A stretch of DNA of 64,000 nt from Isurus oxyrinchus (lineage: Eukaryota), in contig JANJGN010000010.1 in assembly GCA_026770705.1 (NCBI GenBank), positions 56,792,001-56,856,000 on the forward strand. Direction: 5' to 3'. Positions 25,733-39,100 of the stretch are shown piece after piece. The notes beneath the pieces are model-generated. The model did not search any database. It saw only the letters and a list, made by a program, of their open reading frames with translations, and was not told where the DNA came from. The position numbers and the translations under genes were made by a program. Position 1 is the first letter of the stretch. Each line of letters begins with the position of its first letter.

Positions 25733-28700
25733 GTAATGATGATGATTCCCAATTTCTCTTTGTTTTGCCCACTGCCATCTTTTTCTTATATAAGTTAACG
25801 CTACAATACAATTCCAGCACTCTTAATGTTGTAATATCATGAAGGGCAAGCACTTCAGTATTTTTTTCAGAGCTATGGCTACCAAGTTCTATCAGTATCT
25901 TTGTATCTTGCCCAAGCAGCTTTCTTCATATGTGAGCCTAGGCAGGATATTTTGACAGATTATTTGACTTTGGAGAGCATCACAGCAGAACCTAAATTTG
26001 CCTTCACCTATCATCTACACATGGAGTAACAGCAGACTTTATTGATAGGGATCACAAGTGGGAAGCAATGGTTGACATTTTATCTGTGCCTAGCTCAAAG
26101 CTATTGGGAACTGTAATGCTCCCTGTCTGAGGCTTGACAGATTGCGCAAGGACCAGACATTCAGCCTGGGGCCTTCCAGTAACACCTAATTTACCCACTG
26201 TGTTTCCTCCCTCTTTTTTTAGTCGTCTCTTAACATACACCATCACAGAAAATTTTCTTTCAGTTTTTCTATAATTTCCCCTTACCCTGCTTAGTTCATT
26301 GGGGAGAATGGAACTGTGGAACTCATTGGGCACATCTCCAAGGATACATACCCACCCCTTTACCAGATTATGACATACACATTCGACTGCTAAATGACAA
26401 CTGCAATGGAACTCTCTTGAAATCAAATCTTAATTGCCTGTGCAAAAGTGGATCTTGTTGCAGGTGTTATGTTTTCACTGTGTACAAAAAAGACCAAACA
26501 AATCTGCATAATGCTGTGCCAACTTTTAAATTAAATCACAGCATGACTAGTGCTGAGGGCTATTAAGTATCTAACACCTGCATTCACCTAAACATAAGCA
26601 AACATTATAGATAACCTTTGAAATAGGCTATTGTACAAATTTATTTACATCGTGATTTGACTAACAAAGGAACGTCAAATTCTGATATATGCAATAGGTT
26701 GGCAGTCAATTAGAAATAGATTAACCCCTTCCATATTAATTTCAAGAAGAAATGTTTATATTGGTTTCCCGCTACAACCTTAGATTGAGTGTGTTTAGGA
26801 TGTCACCAGAACAAAGAGATTGCTTGTAAAAGTACAGTGTCAGAACAAATTAGACTTAAGTACCAAAATACTTATAGAAGGTATTTGCATATATTATGGT
26901 TTCAACATTGATTTGAATTTGGCAAAATAAATAAAAATATAATTGTAAGTGAGTGCTGGGTGAATTTGTAGCTCTAAGCTTTTAAATTTTTGATGTTTTG
27001 GAATTGATCTTGATAGTGCTGTTTCACAGTGAATGGAAATGCTTTCGAACTGTTAGAAAAGTTTGATCTTGATCATGGTTGGACTTTTTTGTAAGTGCAA
27101 CTTGTCAAAACCAATTTTAAGTGAATTCCATTGTAACTATAATTGTTCACAATCCTAATTCTTAAAAATCTGTTAATCCTACAATCTTCAGATTTTCAAG
27201 ATCCATGTTGACATTTAGTAGTCACTACTTCCTCATTCATTCAACATTTTCTACTATCCTTTTCAACCCTGGTAGTGTCATTCAAGGTGGACTTTTACCA
27301 TTCACACTGTTTTCCCAATTCAAAGGCAATGAAGGTAAAAGTTCTACTGTAACTCAACCAAGAATGGTGTAGATTATACCTGCTGCCTTGGGCCATATGC
27401 CAATCAAATATTATATATTATATAATTTCATGATACATCAGTAAATAGATTTCTTTTAGAAGAATTTCTGCAATAAAAGCTTCAATATTAAGCTTAGTAT
27501 CAATGAACAGGAAAATGTTTCTGCATTTTAAAAAATTTCCATTTAGGGCGAGTTGATTAACTTTAGCATTCAACTCACCCTAAATGTCCTGAAATGTCAG
27601 GAATTTAAGGGTGTTGGAATGATACTTGTGACTTTTTTTTTGTTTGGGTTTATGTGTAACAAAGTTGTCCTTTATTTCAACAATTAGATGATATTTGTGC
27701 ATGCTGAAGTGAATTGCAGTGAAAGTTGTGTTAGTGGTGTCAGGGCATCGTGTTTTGCTCTTATGCAGATTTTTCTTTAATTATACACTGGTTTCTCCTG
27801 ATATAACTTTTATAACATATTTATGTTAATATTGTTCCTTTTCTGCTTTTCCACCTGTGCCTTTCTATTCCATGCACTGCTGCTTTTCTGCTTGCTACAC
27901 GCTAACAACATCTTCAGAAGAGGTTGTCCAAGAGTCCATTGATTTTGTCCTGGATTATCATTTCTCAATGATTTCCCACCACCAATGTTAAACTGAATGA
28001 CCGTAGTTGCTGGGTTTATCCTTACCCAGGAATAAGGGTGTAGCATTACAATTCTCCAGTCCTCTAGCATTAATTTTGTACATATGGATGATTGGAAAAT
28101 TATGACTGGTACCACCACAATTTACATCCATACTTCCCATAGCATCATTGGATGCATTCCATCTGATCCTGATGAATTATCAATTTTAAGTACAGTCAGC
28201 CTTATAATGCCTCCTCTTTATCAATTTTTAGCCTATTCAGTGTCTTAGCCACCTCCTTTTTCAATGGCCTCTTTCTCATTATCCCCCATTTTGGCAAATT
28301 GAACTCAACCCTAAAATTTATTTCTGAAGAGGCTAGCAAAAGAGGAGGTAGTTGATCATTGAATGGGCTAAAAATTGAAAAAGGGAAGTTATTAGAAAGG
28401 CTGTCTGTACTTAAGCTAAAGTTTATTTTAAATTATTATAACAATAACAAAATAATGGCAGTTGGTGTTGCAAGAATCCAGAGTAATGGTTTTATATTAT
28501 TTGCAATTGAATCACAACTTTAGTTTCTCCAAAAATACTTAAAAAAAAGCCTAACTTTTAATGAAGTAAAATGGAAAAGGGCAGGCTGTATAATGCTCGG
28601 CTGATTCAACCTCACTCGTTTTACACCCTGCCATTGTTGAAGGTTCTGGCGTATTCCTTTATATCAGTTGACTGCTGTGTTGTCAGTCAAAATGTGGCAT

Positions 28701-30123
28701 CTAGCAGAGTGATTGCAGTCACTTATTGTGTTGTGATTGATTTAACTCCTTATCTTATGATTGCCCATATTGTGCTTCTGTATGCATATGTAACTTACTT
28801 ATGTGAACTTTGTGGCAAATCAAGAACATTTCTATTAAGTTGGGTCGTTGCAATGACAGAGTAATACATAAAATATATTCAAAATCAAGATCTGTTATTT
28901 TAAATTATTCTGTACATTCTATGTGTGTGTATGTGTGTGCTTATGTGTATAGACAGAAATGGCGTCTAAAGTATACCTATATGAACTACTTCAACAATTG
29001 CCAGCAATTCTTTTAATGTTCTGTTGTTCAGGATTCACTTATTTATATGCCTCCATATTTTCTTTTACATTCCTTTCCCTGCTTTAATTTTGATTTATTT
29101 AATATTTTAATCTCTAATTGTACTGATTTTGAATTAATATGATTATCAATTTTCCAAAAATACTTGAGTTCTTTCTTACTTTCTAATTTTTTAAAAATGT
29201 GTTGCAGTATTCAGTACTGTATTTCTCGGAGGTTGGAAGTGTCAGTTGCTGAACTGCAAACTCAGCTTGGATCTGATGGTTATTCTCTTAACACTAAGTC
29301 TGCACAGCTGCCATTACGAATAGAAAGAAGTTCTGGCTCATGGAAATTTCCTGTCTTCCCTTTCCCCTTCCCTCTTCATTACTTTTGAGTTTTTTGCTCC
29401 TTCTCTATTTGTCTGATCAAGTTGCATCTTGTAGCCTGTTAGATATGCTATTAAAGTTTGTTACATTTTGTTTTGCTGGATTGGGTGCTAAAGAGTTCTC
29501 TCATCATAACTTCCAAAATGTAAGGATTTAAAAAATGTAAGGATTTAAAAAATAAATAGCTTCCTCCAGTTTTCTCTCCTTGCCACAAAGTGCAAAGTCC
29601 TTGCAATGATGCTCGAAGCCATTCTTCAACTCAAGCCTTGCCAGTGAGTGTTAGCAGGCTATTTAACCATACCCTAATAACCAAGCCCCATGGATGCTGG
29701 CAGGCCTCTTGAATGTTGCCTGAGTGGCCATTCTTCTTGTGTAATCCTGTGCAGTGAGTGTCGGCCTGTCAGATAAATCATTGCAACCATATATAATCCT
29801 GTTCTGACCTGATCCTCCCACATGTGCACTTTCCATCATAAGTCATTGAATGAGATTTCTGGCTGACTTTTCTCTGTCTAGTTTAGGATGCTGTGGTCAA
29901 TTGTAATGTCCTAAGTTGTGCCCTAACTGGGAGCACTTAGCTCAGGTTAGGGGTGAAAACTGGGATCTTCTATGAGCATTTTTAGCTTCTCCAGATTACG
30001 GCTGGCTAATGGTCCAGGACTTTCGTAGGGAATCTTGTAGTTGATGCCCATGGTGAAGGCAGTGTAAGTAATGAAGACTGAGTTTGCTGTGATTAATCTA
30101 TTATCTCTGGTGTTGGATTACAG

Positions 30124-30147
30124 AACATCATGAACATCACGAGGGAG
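30124..30147 (+). CDS. tnnt3: 24-nt His-rich microexon, unit 5: EHHEHHEG
   Basis: ggattacAG|AACATCATGAACATCACGAGGGAG|GTAATG. Confidence 0.75.
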
Positions 30148-31985
30148 GTAATGATGATGATTCCCAATTTCTCTTTGTTTTGCCCACTGCCATCTTTTAC
30201 TTATATAAGTTAACGCTACAATACAATTCCAGCACTCTTAATGTTGTAATATCATGAAGGGCAAGCACTTCAGCATTTTTTTCTGAGCTATGGCTACCAA
30301 ATTCTATCTGTATCTTTGTATCTTGCCCAAGCAGCTTTCTTCATATGTGAGCCTAGGCAGGATACGTTGACAGATTATTTGACTTTGGAGAGCATCACAG
30401 CAGAACCTAAACTTGCCTTCACCTATCATCTACACATGGAGTAACAGCAGACTTTATTGATAGGGATCACAAGTGGGAAGCAATGGTTGACATTTTACCT
30501 GTGCCTAGCTCAATGCTATTGGGAACAGTTGTAATGCTCCCTGCCTGTGGCTTGACTGATTGAGCAAGGGCCAGACATTCAGCCTGGGGCCTTCCAGTAA
30601 CACCTAATTTACCCACTGTGTTTCCTCCCTCTTTTTTTAGTCGTCTCTTAACATACACCATCACAGAAAATTTTCTTTCAGTTGTTCTATAATTTCCCCT
30701 TACCCTGCTTAGTTCATTGGGGAGAATGGAACTGTGGAACTCATTGGGCACATCTCCAAGGATACAAACCCACCCCTTTACCAGATTATGACCTACACAT
30801 ACGACTGCTAAATGACAACTGCAATGGAACTCTCTTGAAATCAAATCTTAATTGCCTGTTGAAAAAGTGGATCTTGTTGCAGGTGTTATGTTTTCACTGT
30901 GTACAAAAAAGACCAAACAAATCTGCATAATGCTGTGCCAACTTTTAAATTAAATCACAGCATGACTAGTGCTGAGGGCTATTAAGTATCTAATACCTGC
31001 ATTCACCTAAACATAAGCAAACGTTATAGATAACCTTTGAAATAGGCTATTGTACAAATTTATTTACATCGTAATTTGACTAACAACGGAACGTCAAATT
31101 CTGATATATGCAATAGGTTGGCAGTCAATTAGATAATAGATTAACCCCTTCCATATTAATTTCAAGAAGAAATGTTTATATTGGTTTCCCACTACAAACT
31201 TAGCTTGAGTGTGTTTAGGATGTCACCAGAACAAAGATAAAAACAAAACAAAACTGCAGATGCTGGAAATCCAAAACAAAAACAGAATTACCTGGAAAAA
31301 CTCAGCAGGTCTGGCAGCATCGGCGGAGAAGAAAAGAGTTGACGTTTCGAGTCCTCATGACCCTTCGACAGAACTTGATTTCGAGTCCAAGAAAGAGTTG
31401 AAATATAAGCTGGTTTAAGGTGTGTGTGTGGGGCGGAGAGATAGGGAGAGAGAGAGGTGGTTGTGTAGACAAACAAGCAGTGATAGAAGCAGATCATCAA
31501 AAGATGTCAGCAACAATGGTACAAAAGAACACATAGGTGTTAAAGTTAAAGTTGGTGATATTATCTAAACGAATGTGCTAATTAAGAATGGATGGTAGGG
31601 CACTCAAGGTACAGCTCTAGTGGGGGTGGGGGGAACATAAAAGATTTTAAAATATTTAAAAATAATGGAAATAGGTGGGAAAAGAAAAATCTATATAATT
31701 TATAGGGAAAAAGGGGGAAACAGAAAGGGGGTGGGGATGGGGGAGGGAGCTCACGACCTAAAGTTGTTGAACTCAATATTCAGACCGGAAGGCTGTAAGG
31801 TGCCTAGTCGGAAGATGAGGTGTTGTTCCTCCAGTTTCCGTTGGGCTTCACTGGAACAATGCAGCAAGCCAAGGACAGACATGTGGGCAAGAGAGCAGGG
31901 TGGAGTGTTAAAATGGCAAGCGACAGGGAGGTTTGGATCATTCTTGCGGACAGACCGCAGGTGTTCTGCAAAGCGGTCGCCCAGT

Positions 31986-32387
31986 AGCAAAAGATGTAAC
32001 ACCTGCCCCTTCACTTCCTCTCTCCTCACCGTCCAAGGGCCCAAACATTCCTTTCAAGTGAAGCAGCATTTCACTTGCATTTCCCCCAACTTAGTCTACT
32101 GCATTTGTTGCTCCCAATGTGGTCTCCTCTACATTGGAGAGACCAAACGTAAACTGGGCGACCGCTTTGCAGAACACCTGCGGTCTGTCCGCAAGAATGA
32201 TCCAAACCTCCCTGTCGCTTGCCATTTTAACACTCCACCCTGCTCTCTTGCCCACATGTCTGTCCTTGGCTTGCTGCATTGTTCCAGTGAAGCCCAACGC
32301 AAACTGGAGGAACAACACCTCATCTTCCGACTAGGCACCTTACAGCCTTCCGGTCTGAATATTGAGTTCAACAACTTTAGGTCGTGA
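31986..32387 (+). pseudogene. 5'-truncated GIY-YIG endonuclease coding fragment of the Penelope-like element
   Basis: RCNTCPF...FTCISPNLVYCICCSQCGLLYIGETKRKLGDRFAEH...VACHFN...EQHLIFRLGTLQPSGLN shows the VY..YIG motifs with CxxC, the conserved R and E, and the terminal GLN typical of PLE endonucleases. No RT domain. Confidence 0.88.
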
Positions 32388-32772
32388 GCTCCCTCCCCCA
32401 TCCCCACCCCCTTTCTGTTTCCCCCTTTTTCCCTTTCTTTCCCTATAAATTATATAGATTTTTCTTTTCCCACCTATTTCCATTATTTTTAAATATTTTA
32501 AAATCTTTTATGTTCCCCCCACCCCCACTAGAGCTGTACCTTGAGTGCCCTACCATCCATTCTTAATTAGCACATTCGTTTAGATAATATCACCAACTTT
32601 AACTTTAACACCTATGTGTTCTTTTGTACCATTGTTGCTGACATCTTTTGATGATCTGCTTCTATCACTGCTTGTTTGTCTACACAACCACCTCTCTCTC
32701 TCCCTATCTCTCCGCCCCACACACACACCTTAAACCAGCTTATATTTCAACTCTTTCTTGGACTCGAAATCA

Positions 32773-32810
32773 AGTTCTGTCGAAGGGTCATGAGGACTCG
32801 AAACGTCAAC
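32773..32810 (+). ncRNA. Minimal type I hammerhead-ribozyme-like motif with variant core (mirror copy on - strand at ~31335-31377)
   Basis: aGTT-CTGTCGA-a-GGGTC-atgag-GACTC-GAAA-CG-TC^AAC: stem I GTT/AAC, stem II, GAAA box and palindromic ACGT in place of stem III. The core CUGUCGA deviates from CUGANGA. Confidence 0.55.
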
Positions 32811-35800
32811 CCAGAACAAAGAGATTGCTTGTAAAAGTACAGTGTCAGAACAAATTAGACTTAAGTACCAAAATACTTATAGAAGGTATTTGCATATATT
32901 ATGGTTTCAACATTGATTTGAATTTGGCAAAATAAATAAAAATATAATTGTAAGTGAGTGCTGGGTGAATTTGTAGCTCTAAGCTTTTAAATTTTTGATG
33001 TTTTGGAATTGATCTTGATTGTGTTGTTTCACAGTGAATGGAAATGCTTTCGAACTGTTAGAAAAGTTTGATCTTGATCATGGTTGGACTTTTTTGTAAG
33101 TGCAACTTGTCAAAACCAATTTTAAGTGAATTCCATTGTAACTATAATTGTTCACAACGCTAATTCTTAAAAATCTGTTAATCCTACAATCTTCAGATTT
33201 TCAAAATCCATGTTGATATTTAGTAGTCACTACTTCCTCATTCATTCAACATTTTCTACTATCCTTTTCAACCCTGTTAGTGTCATTCAAGGTGGACTTT
33301 TACCATTCACACTGTTTTCCCAATTCAAAGGCAATGAAGGTAAAAGTTCTACTGTAACCCAACCAAGAATGGTGTAGATTACGCCTGCTGCCTTGGGCCA
33401 TATGCCAATCAAATATTATATCTTATATAATTTCATGATACATCAGTAAATAGATTTCTTTTAGAAGAATTTCTGCAATAAAAGCTTCAATATTAAGCTT
33501 AATATCAATGAACAGGAAAATGTTTTTGCATTTTAAAAAATTTCCATTTAGGGCGAGTTGATTAACTTTAGCATTCAACTCACCCTAAATGTCCTGAAAT
33601 GTCAGGAATTTAAGGGTGTTGGAATGATACTTGTGACTTTTTTTTTGTTTGGGTTTATGTGTAACAAAGTTGTCCTTTATTTCAACAATTAGATGATATT
33701 TGTGCATGCTGAAGTGAATTGCAGTGAAAGTTGTGTTAGTGGTGTCAGGGTGTCGTGTTTTGCTCTTATGCAGATTTTTCTTTAATTATACACTGGTTTC
33801 TCCTGATATAACTTTTATAACATATTTATGTTAATATTGTTCCTTTTCTGCCTTTCCACCTGTGCCTTTCTATTCCATGCACTGCTGCTTTTCTGCTTGC
33901 TACACGCTAACAACATCTTCAGAAGAGGTTGTCCAAGAGTCCATTGATTTTGTCCTGGATTATCATTTCTCAATGATTTCCCACCACCAATGTTAAACTG
34001 AATGACCTGTAGTTGCTGGGTTTATCCTTACCCAGGGATAAGGGTGTAGAATTGCAATTCTCCAGACCTCTAGCATTAATTTTGTACAGATGGATGATTG
34101 GAAAATTATGACTGGTACCACCACAATTTACATCCATACTTCCCATAGCATCATTGGATGCATTCCATCTGGTCCTGATGAATTATCAATTTTAAGTACA
34201 GTCAGCCTTTATAATGCCTCCTCTTTATCAATTTTTAGCCTATTCAGTGTCTTAGCCACCTCCTTTTTCAATGGCCTCTTTCTCATTATCCCCCATTTTG
34301 GCAAATTGAACTCAACCCTAAAATTTATTTCTGAAGAGGCTAGCAAAAGTGGAGGTAGTTGATCATTGAATGGGCTAAAAATTGAAAAAGGGAAGTTATT
34401 AAAATGACTGTCTGTACTTAAGCTAAAGTTTATTTTAAATTATTATAACAATAACCAAATAATGGCAGATGGTGTTGCAAGAATCCAGAGTAATGGTTTT
34501 ATATTATTTGCAATTGAATCACAACTTTAGTTTCTCCAAAAATACTTAAAAAAAAGCCTAACTTTTAATGAAGTAAAATGGAAAAGGGCAGGCTGTATAA
34601 TGCTCGGCTGATTCAACCTCACTCGTTTTACACCCTGCCATTGTTGAAGGTTCTGGCGTATTCCTTTATATCAGTTGACTGCTGTGTTGTCAGTCAAAAT
34701 GTGGCATCTAGCAGAGTGATTGCAGTCACTTATTGTGTTGTGATTGATTTAACTCTTTATCTTATGATTGCCCATATTGTGCTTCTGTATGCATATGTAA
34801 CTTACTTATGTGAACTTTGTGGCAAATCAAGAACATTTCTATTAAGTTGGATTGTTGCAATGAGTAATACATAAAATATATTCAAAATCAAGATCTGTTA
34901 TTTTAAATTATTCTGTACATTCTATGTGTGTGTATGTGTGTGTTTATGTGTATAGACAGAAATGGCATCTAAAGTATACCTATATGAACTACTTCAACAA
35001 TTGCCAGCAATTCTTTTAATGTTCTGTTGTTCAGGATTCACTTATTTATATGCCTCCATATTTTCTTTTACATTCCTTTCCCTGCTTTAATTTTGATTTA
35101 TTTAATATTTTAATCTCTAATTGTACTGATTTTGAATTAATATGATTATCAATTTTCCAAAAATACTTGAGTTCTTTCTTACTTTCTAATTTTTTAAAAA
35201 TGTGTTGCAGTATTCAGTACTGTATTTCTCGGAGGTTGGAAGTGTCAGTTGCTGAACTGCAAACTCAGCTTGGATCTGATGGTTATTCTCTTAACACTAA
35301 GTCTGCACAGCTGCCATTACGAATAGAAAGAAGTTCTGGCTCATGGAAATTTCCTGTCTTCCCTTTCCCCTTCCCTCTTCATTACTTTTGAGTTTTTTGC
35401 TCCTTCTCTATTTGTCTGATCAAGTTGCATCTTGTAGCCTGTTAGATATGCTTTTAAAGTTTGTTACATTTTGTTTTGTTGGATTGGGTGCTAAAGAGTT
35501 CTCTCACCATAACTTCCAAAATGTAAGGAATTAAAAAATAAATAGCTTCCTCCAGTTTTCTCTCCTTGCCACAAAGTGCAAAGTCCTTGCAATGATGCTC
35601 GAAGCCATTCTTCAACTCAAGCCTTGCCAGAGAGTGTTAGCAGGCTATTTAACCATACCCTAATAACCAAGCCCCATGGATGCTGGCAGGCCTCTTGAAT
35701 GTTGCCTGAATGGCCATTCTTCTTGTGTGAACCTATGCAGTGAGTGTTCGCCGGTCAGATAAATCATTGCAACCATATATAATCCTGTTCTGACCTGATC

Positions 35801-36109
35801 CTCCCACATGTGCACTTTCCATCATAAGTCATTGAATGAGATTTCTGGCTGACTTTTCTCTGTCTAGTTTGGGATGCTGTGGTCAATTGTAAAGTCCTAA
35901 GTTGTGCCCTAACTGTGAGCACTTAGCTCAGGTTAGGGGTGAAAACTGGGATCTTCTATGAGCATTTTTAGCTTCTCCAGATTACGGCTGGCTAATGGTC
36001 CAGGACTTTCGTAGGGAATCTTGTAGTTGATGCCCATGGTGAAGGCAGTGTAAGTAATGAAGACTGAGTTTGCTGTGATTAATCTATTATCTCTGGTGTT
36101 GGATTACAG

Positions 36110-36133
36110 AACATCATGAACATCACGAGGGAG
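36110..36133 (+). CDS. tnnt3: 24-nt His-rich microexon, unit 6: EHHEHHEG
   Basis: ggattacAG|AACATCATGAACATCACGAGGGAG|GTAATG. Confidence 0.75.
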
Positions 36134-39100
36134 GTAATGATGATGATTCCCAATTTCTCTTTGTTTTGCCCACTGCCATCTTTTACTTATATAAGTTAAC
36201 GCTACAATACAATTCCAGCACTCTTAATGTTGTAATATCATGAAGGGCAAGCACTTCAGTATTTTTTTCTGAGCTATGGCTACCAAGTTCTATCAGTATC
36301 TTTGTATCTTGCCCAAGCAGCTTTCTTCATATGTGAGCCTAGGCAGGATATGTTGACAGATTATTTGACTTTGGAGAGCATCACAGCAGAACCTAAATTT
36401 GCCTTCACCTATCATCTACACATGGAGTAACAGCAGACTTTATTGATAGGGATCACAAGTGGGAAGCAATGGTTGACATTTTATCTGTGCCTAGCTCAAA
36501 GCTATTGGGAACTGTAATGCTCCCTGTCTGAGGCTTGACTGATTGAGCAAGGGCCAGACATTCAGCCTGGGGCATTCCAGTAACACCTAATTTACCAACT
36601 GTGTTTCCTCCCTGTTTTTTTAGTCGCCTCTTAACATACACCATCACAGAAAATTTTCTTTCAGTTGTTCTATAATTTCCCCTTACCCTGCTTAGTTCAT
36701 TGGGGAGAATGGAACTGTGGAACTCATTGGGCACATCTCCAAGGATACAAACCCATCCCTTTACCAGATTATGACCTACACATATGACTGCTAAATGACA
36801 ACTGCAATGGAACTCTCTTGAAATCAAATCTTAATTGCCTGTTGAAAAAGTGGATCTTGTTGCAGGTGTTATGTTTTCACTGTGTACAAAAAAGACCAAA
36901 CAAATGTGCATAATGCTGTGCCAACTTTTAAATTAAATCACAGCATGACTAGTGCTGAGGGGTATTAAGTATCTAACACCTGCATTCACCTAAACATAAG
37001 CAAACGTTTTAGATAACCTTTGAAATAGGCTATTGTACAAATTTATTTACATCATGATTTGACTAACAACAGAACGTCAAATTCTGATATATGCAATAGG
37101 TTGGCAGTCAATTAGATAATAGATTAACCCCTTCCATATTAATTTCAAGAAGAAATGTTTATATTGGTTTCCCGCTACAACCTTAGATTGAGTGTGTTTA
37201 GGATGTCACCAGAACAAAGAGATTGCTTGTAAAAGTACAGTGTCAGAACAAATTAGACTTAAGTACCAAAATACTTATAGAAGGTATTTGCATATATTAT
37301 GGTTTCAACATTGATTTGAATTTGGCAAAATAAATAAAAATATAATTGTAAGTGAGTGCTGGGTGAATTTGTAGCTCTAAGCTTTTAAATTTTTGATGTT
37401 TTGGAATTGATCTTGATTGTGTTGTTTCACAGTGAATGGAAATGCTTTCGAATTGTTAGAAAAGTTTGATCTTGATCATGGTTGGACTTTTTTGTAAGTG
37501 CAACTTGTCAAAACCAATTTTAAGTGAATTCCATTGTAACTATAATTGTTCACAATCCTAATTCTTAAAAATCTGTTAATCCTACAATCTTCAGATTTTC
37601 AAAATCCATGTTGACATTTAGTAGTCACTACTTCCTCATTCATTTAACATTTTCTACTATCCTTTTCAACCCTGGTAGTGTCATTCAAGGTGGACTTTTA
37701 CCATTCACACTGTTTTCCCAATTCAAAGGCAATGAAGGTAAAAGTTCTACTGTAACCCAACCAAGAATGGTGTAGATTACGCCTGCTGCCTTGGGCCATA
37801 TGCCAATCAAATATTATATATTATATAATTTCATGATACATCAGTAAATAGATTTCTTTTAGAAGAATTTCTGCAATAAAAGCTTCAATATTAAGCTTAA
37901 TATCAAAGAACAGGAAAATGTTTTTGCATTTTAAAAAATTTCCATTTAGGGCGAGTTGATTAACTTTAGCATTCAGCTCACCCTAAATGTCCTGAAATGT
38001 CAGGAATTTAAGGGTGTTGGAATGATACTTGTGACTTTTTTTTTGTTTGGGTTTATGTGTAACAAAGTTGTCCTTTATTTCAACAATTAGATGATATTTG
38101 TGCATGCTGAAGTGAATTGCAGTGAAAGTTGTGTTAGTGGTGTCAGGGCGTCGTGTTTTGCTCTTATGCAGATTTTTCTTTAATTATACACTGGTTTCTC
38201 CTGATATAACTTTTATAACATATTTATGTTAATATTGTTCCTTTTCTGCCTTTCCACCTGTGCCTTTCTATTCCATGCACTGCTGCTTTTCTGCTTGCTA
38301 CACGCTAACAACATCTTCAGAAGAGGTTGTCCAAGAGTCCATTGATTTTGTCCTGGATTATCATTTCTCAATGATTTCCCACCACAAATGTTAAACTGAA
38401 TGACCTGTAGTTGCTGGGTTTATCCTTACCCAGGAATAAGGGTGTAGAATTGCAATTCTCCAGTCCTCTAGCATTAATTTTGTACATATGGATGATTGGA
38501 AAATTATGACTGGTACCACCACAATTTACATCCATACTTCCCATAGCATCATTGGATGCATTCCATCTGATCCTGATGAATTATCAATTTTAAGTACAGT
38601 CAGCCTTTATAATGCCTCCTCTTTATCAATTTTTAGCCTATTCAGTGTCTTAGCCACCTCCTTTTTCAATGGCCTCTTTCTCATTATCCCCCATTTTGGC
38701 AAATTGAACTCAACCCTAAAATTTATTTCTGAAGAGGCTAGCGAAAGAGGAGGTAGTTGATCATTGAATGGGCTAAAAATTGAAAAAGGGAAGTTATTAG
38801 AAAGCCTGTCTGTACTTAAGCTAAAGTTTATTTTAAATTATTATAACAATAACAAAATAATGGCAGTTGGTGTTGCAAGAATCCAGAGTAATGGTTTTAT
38901 ATTATTTGCAATTGAATCACAACTTTAGTTTTTACAAAAATGATGATACTTAAAAAAAAACCTAACTTCTAATAAGTAAAATGGAAAACTGAGCAGGCTG
39001 TATAATGGTCGGCTGATTCAACCTCGCTCGTTTTACACCCTGCCATTGTTGAAAGTTCTGGCGTATTCCTTTATCTCAGTTGACTGCTGTGTTGTCAGTC

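Larger units (their letters stand above)
31238..32810. mobile_element. Penelope-like element insertion with inverted arms and 12-bp TSD, unit 5 only
   Basis: TSD CCAGAACAAAGA at 31226-31237 and 32811-32822. Inverted arms 31338-31985 and 32153-32810. Encodes a GIY-YIG endonuclease C-terminus. The other seven units have the empty site. Confidence 0.92.

Noticed and set aside
31665-32387. 240-aa ORF as an intact gene
   Set aside because: Its N-terminal part is antisense read-through of the inverted arm; only 31986-32387 is true endonuclease sequence.
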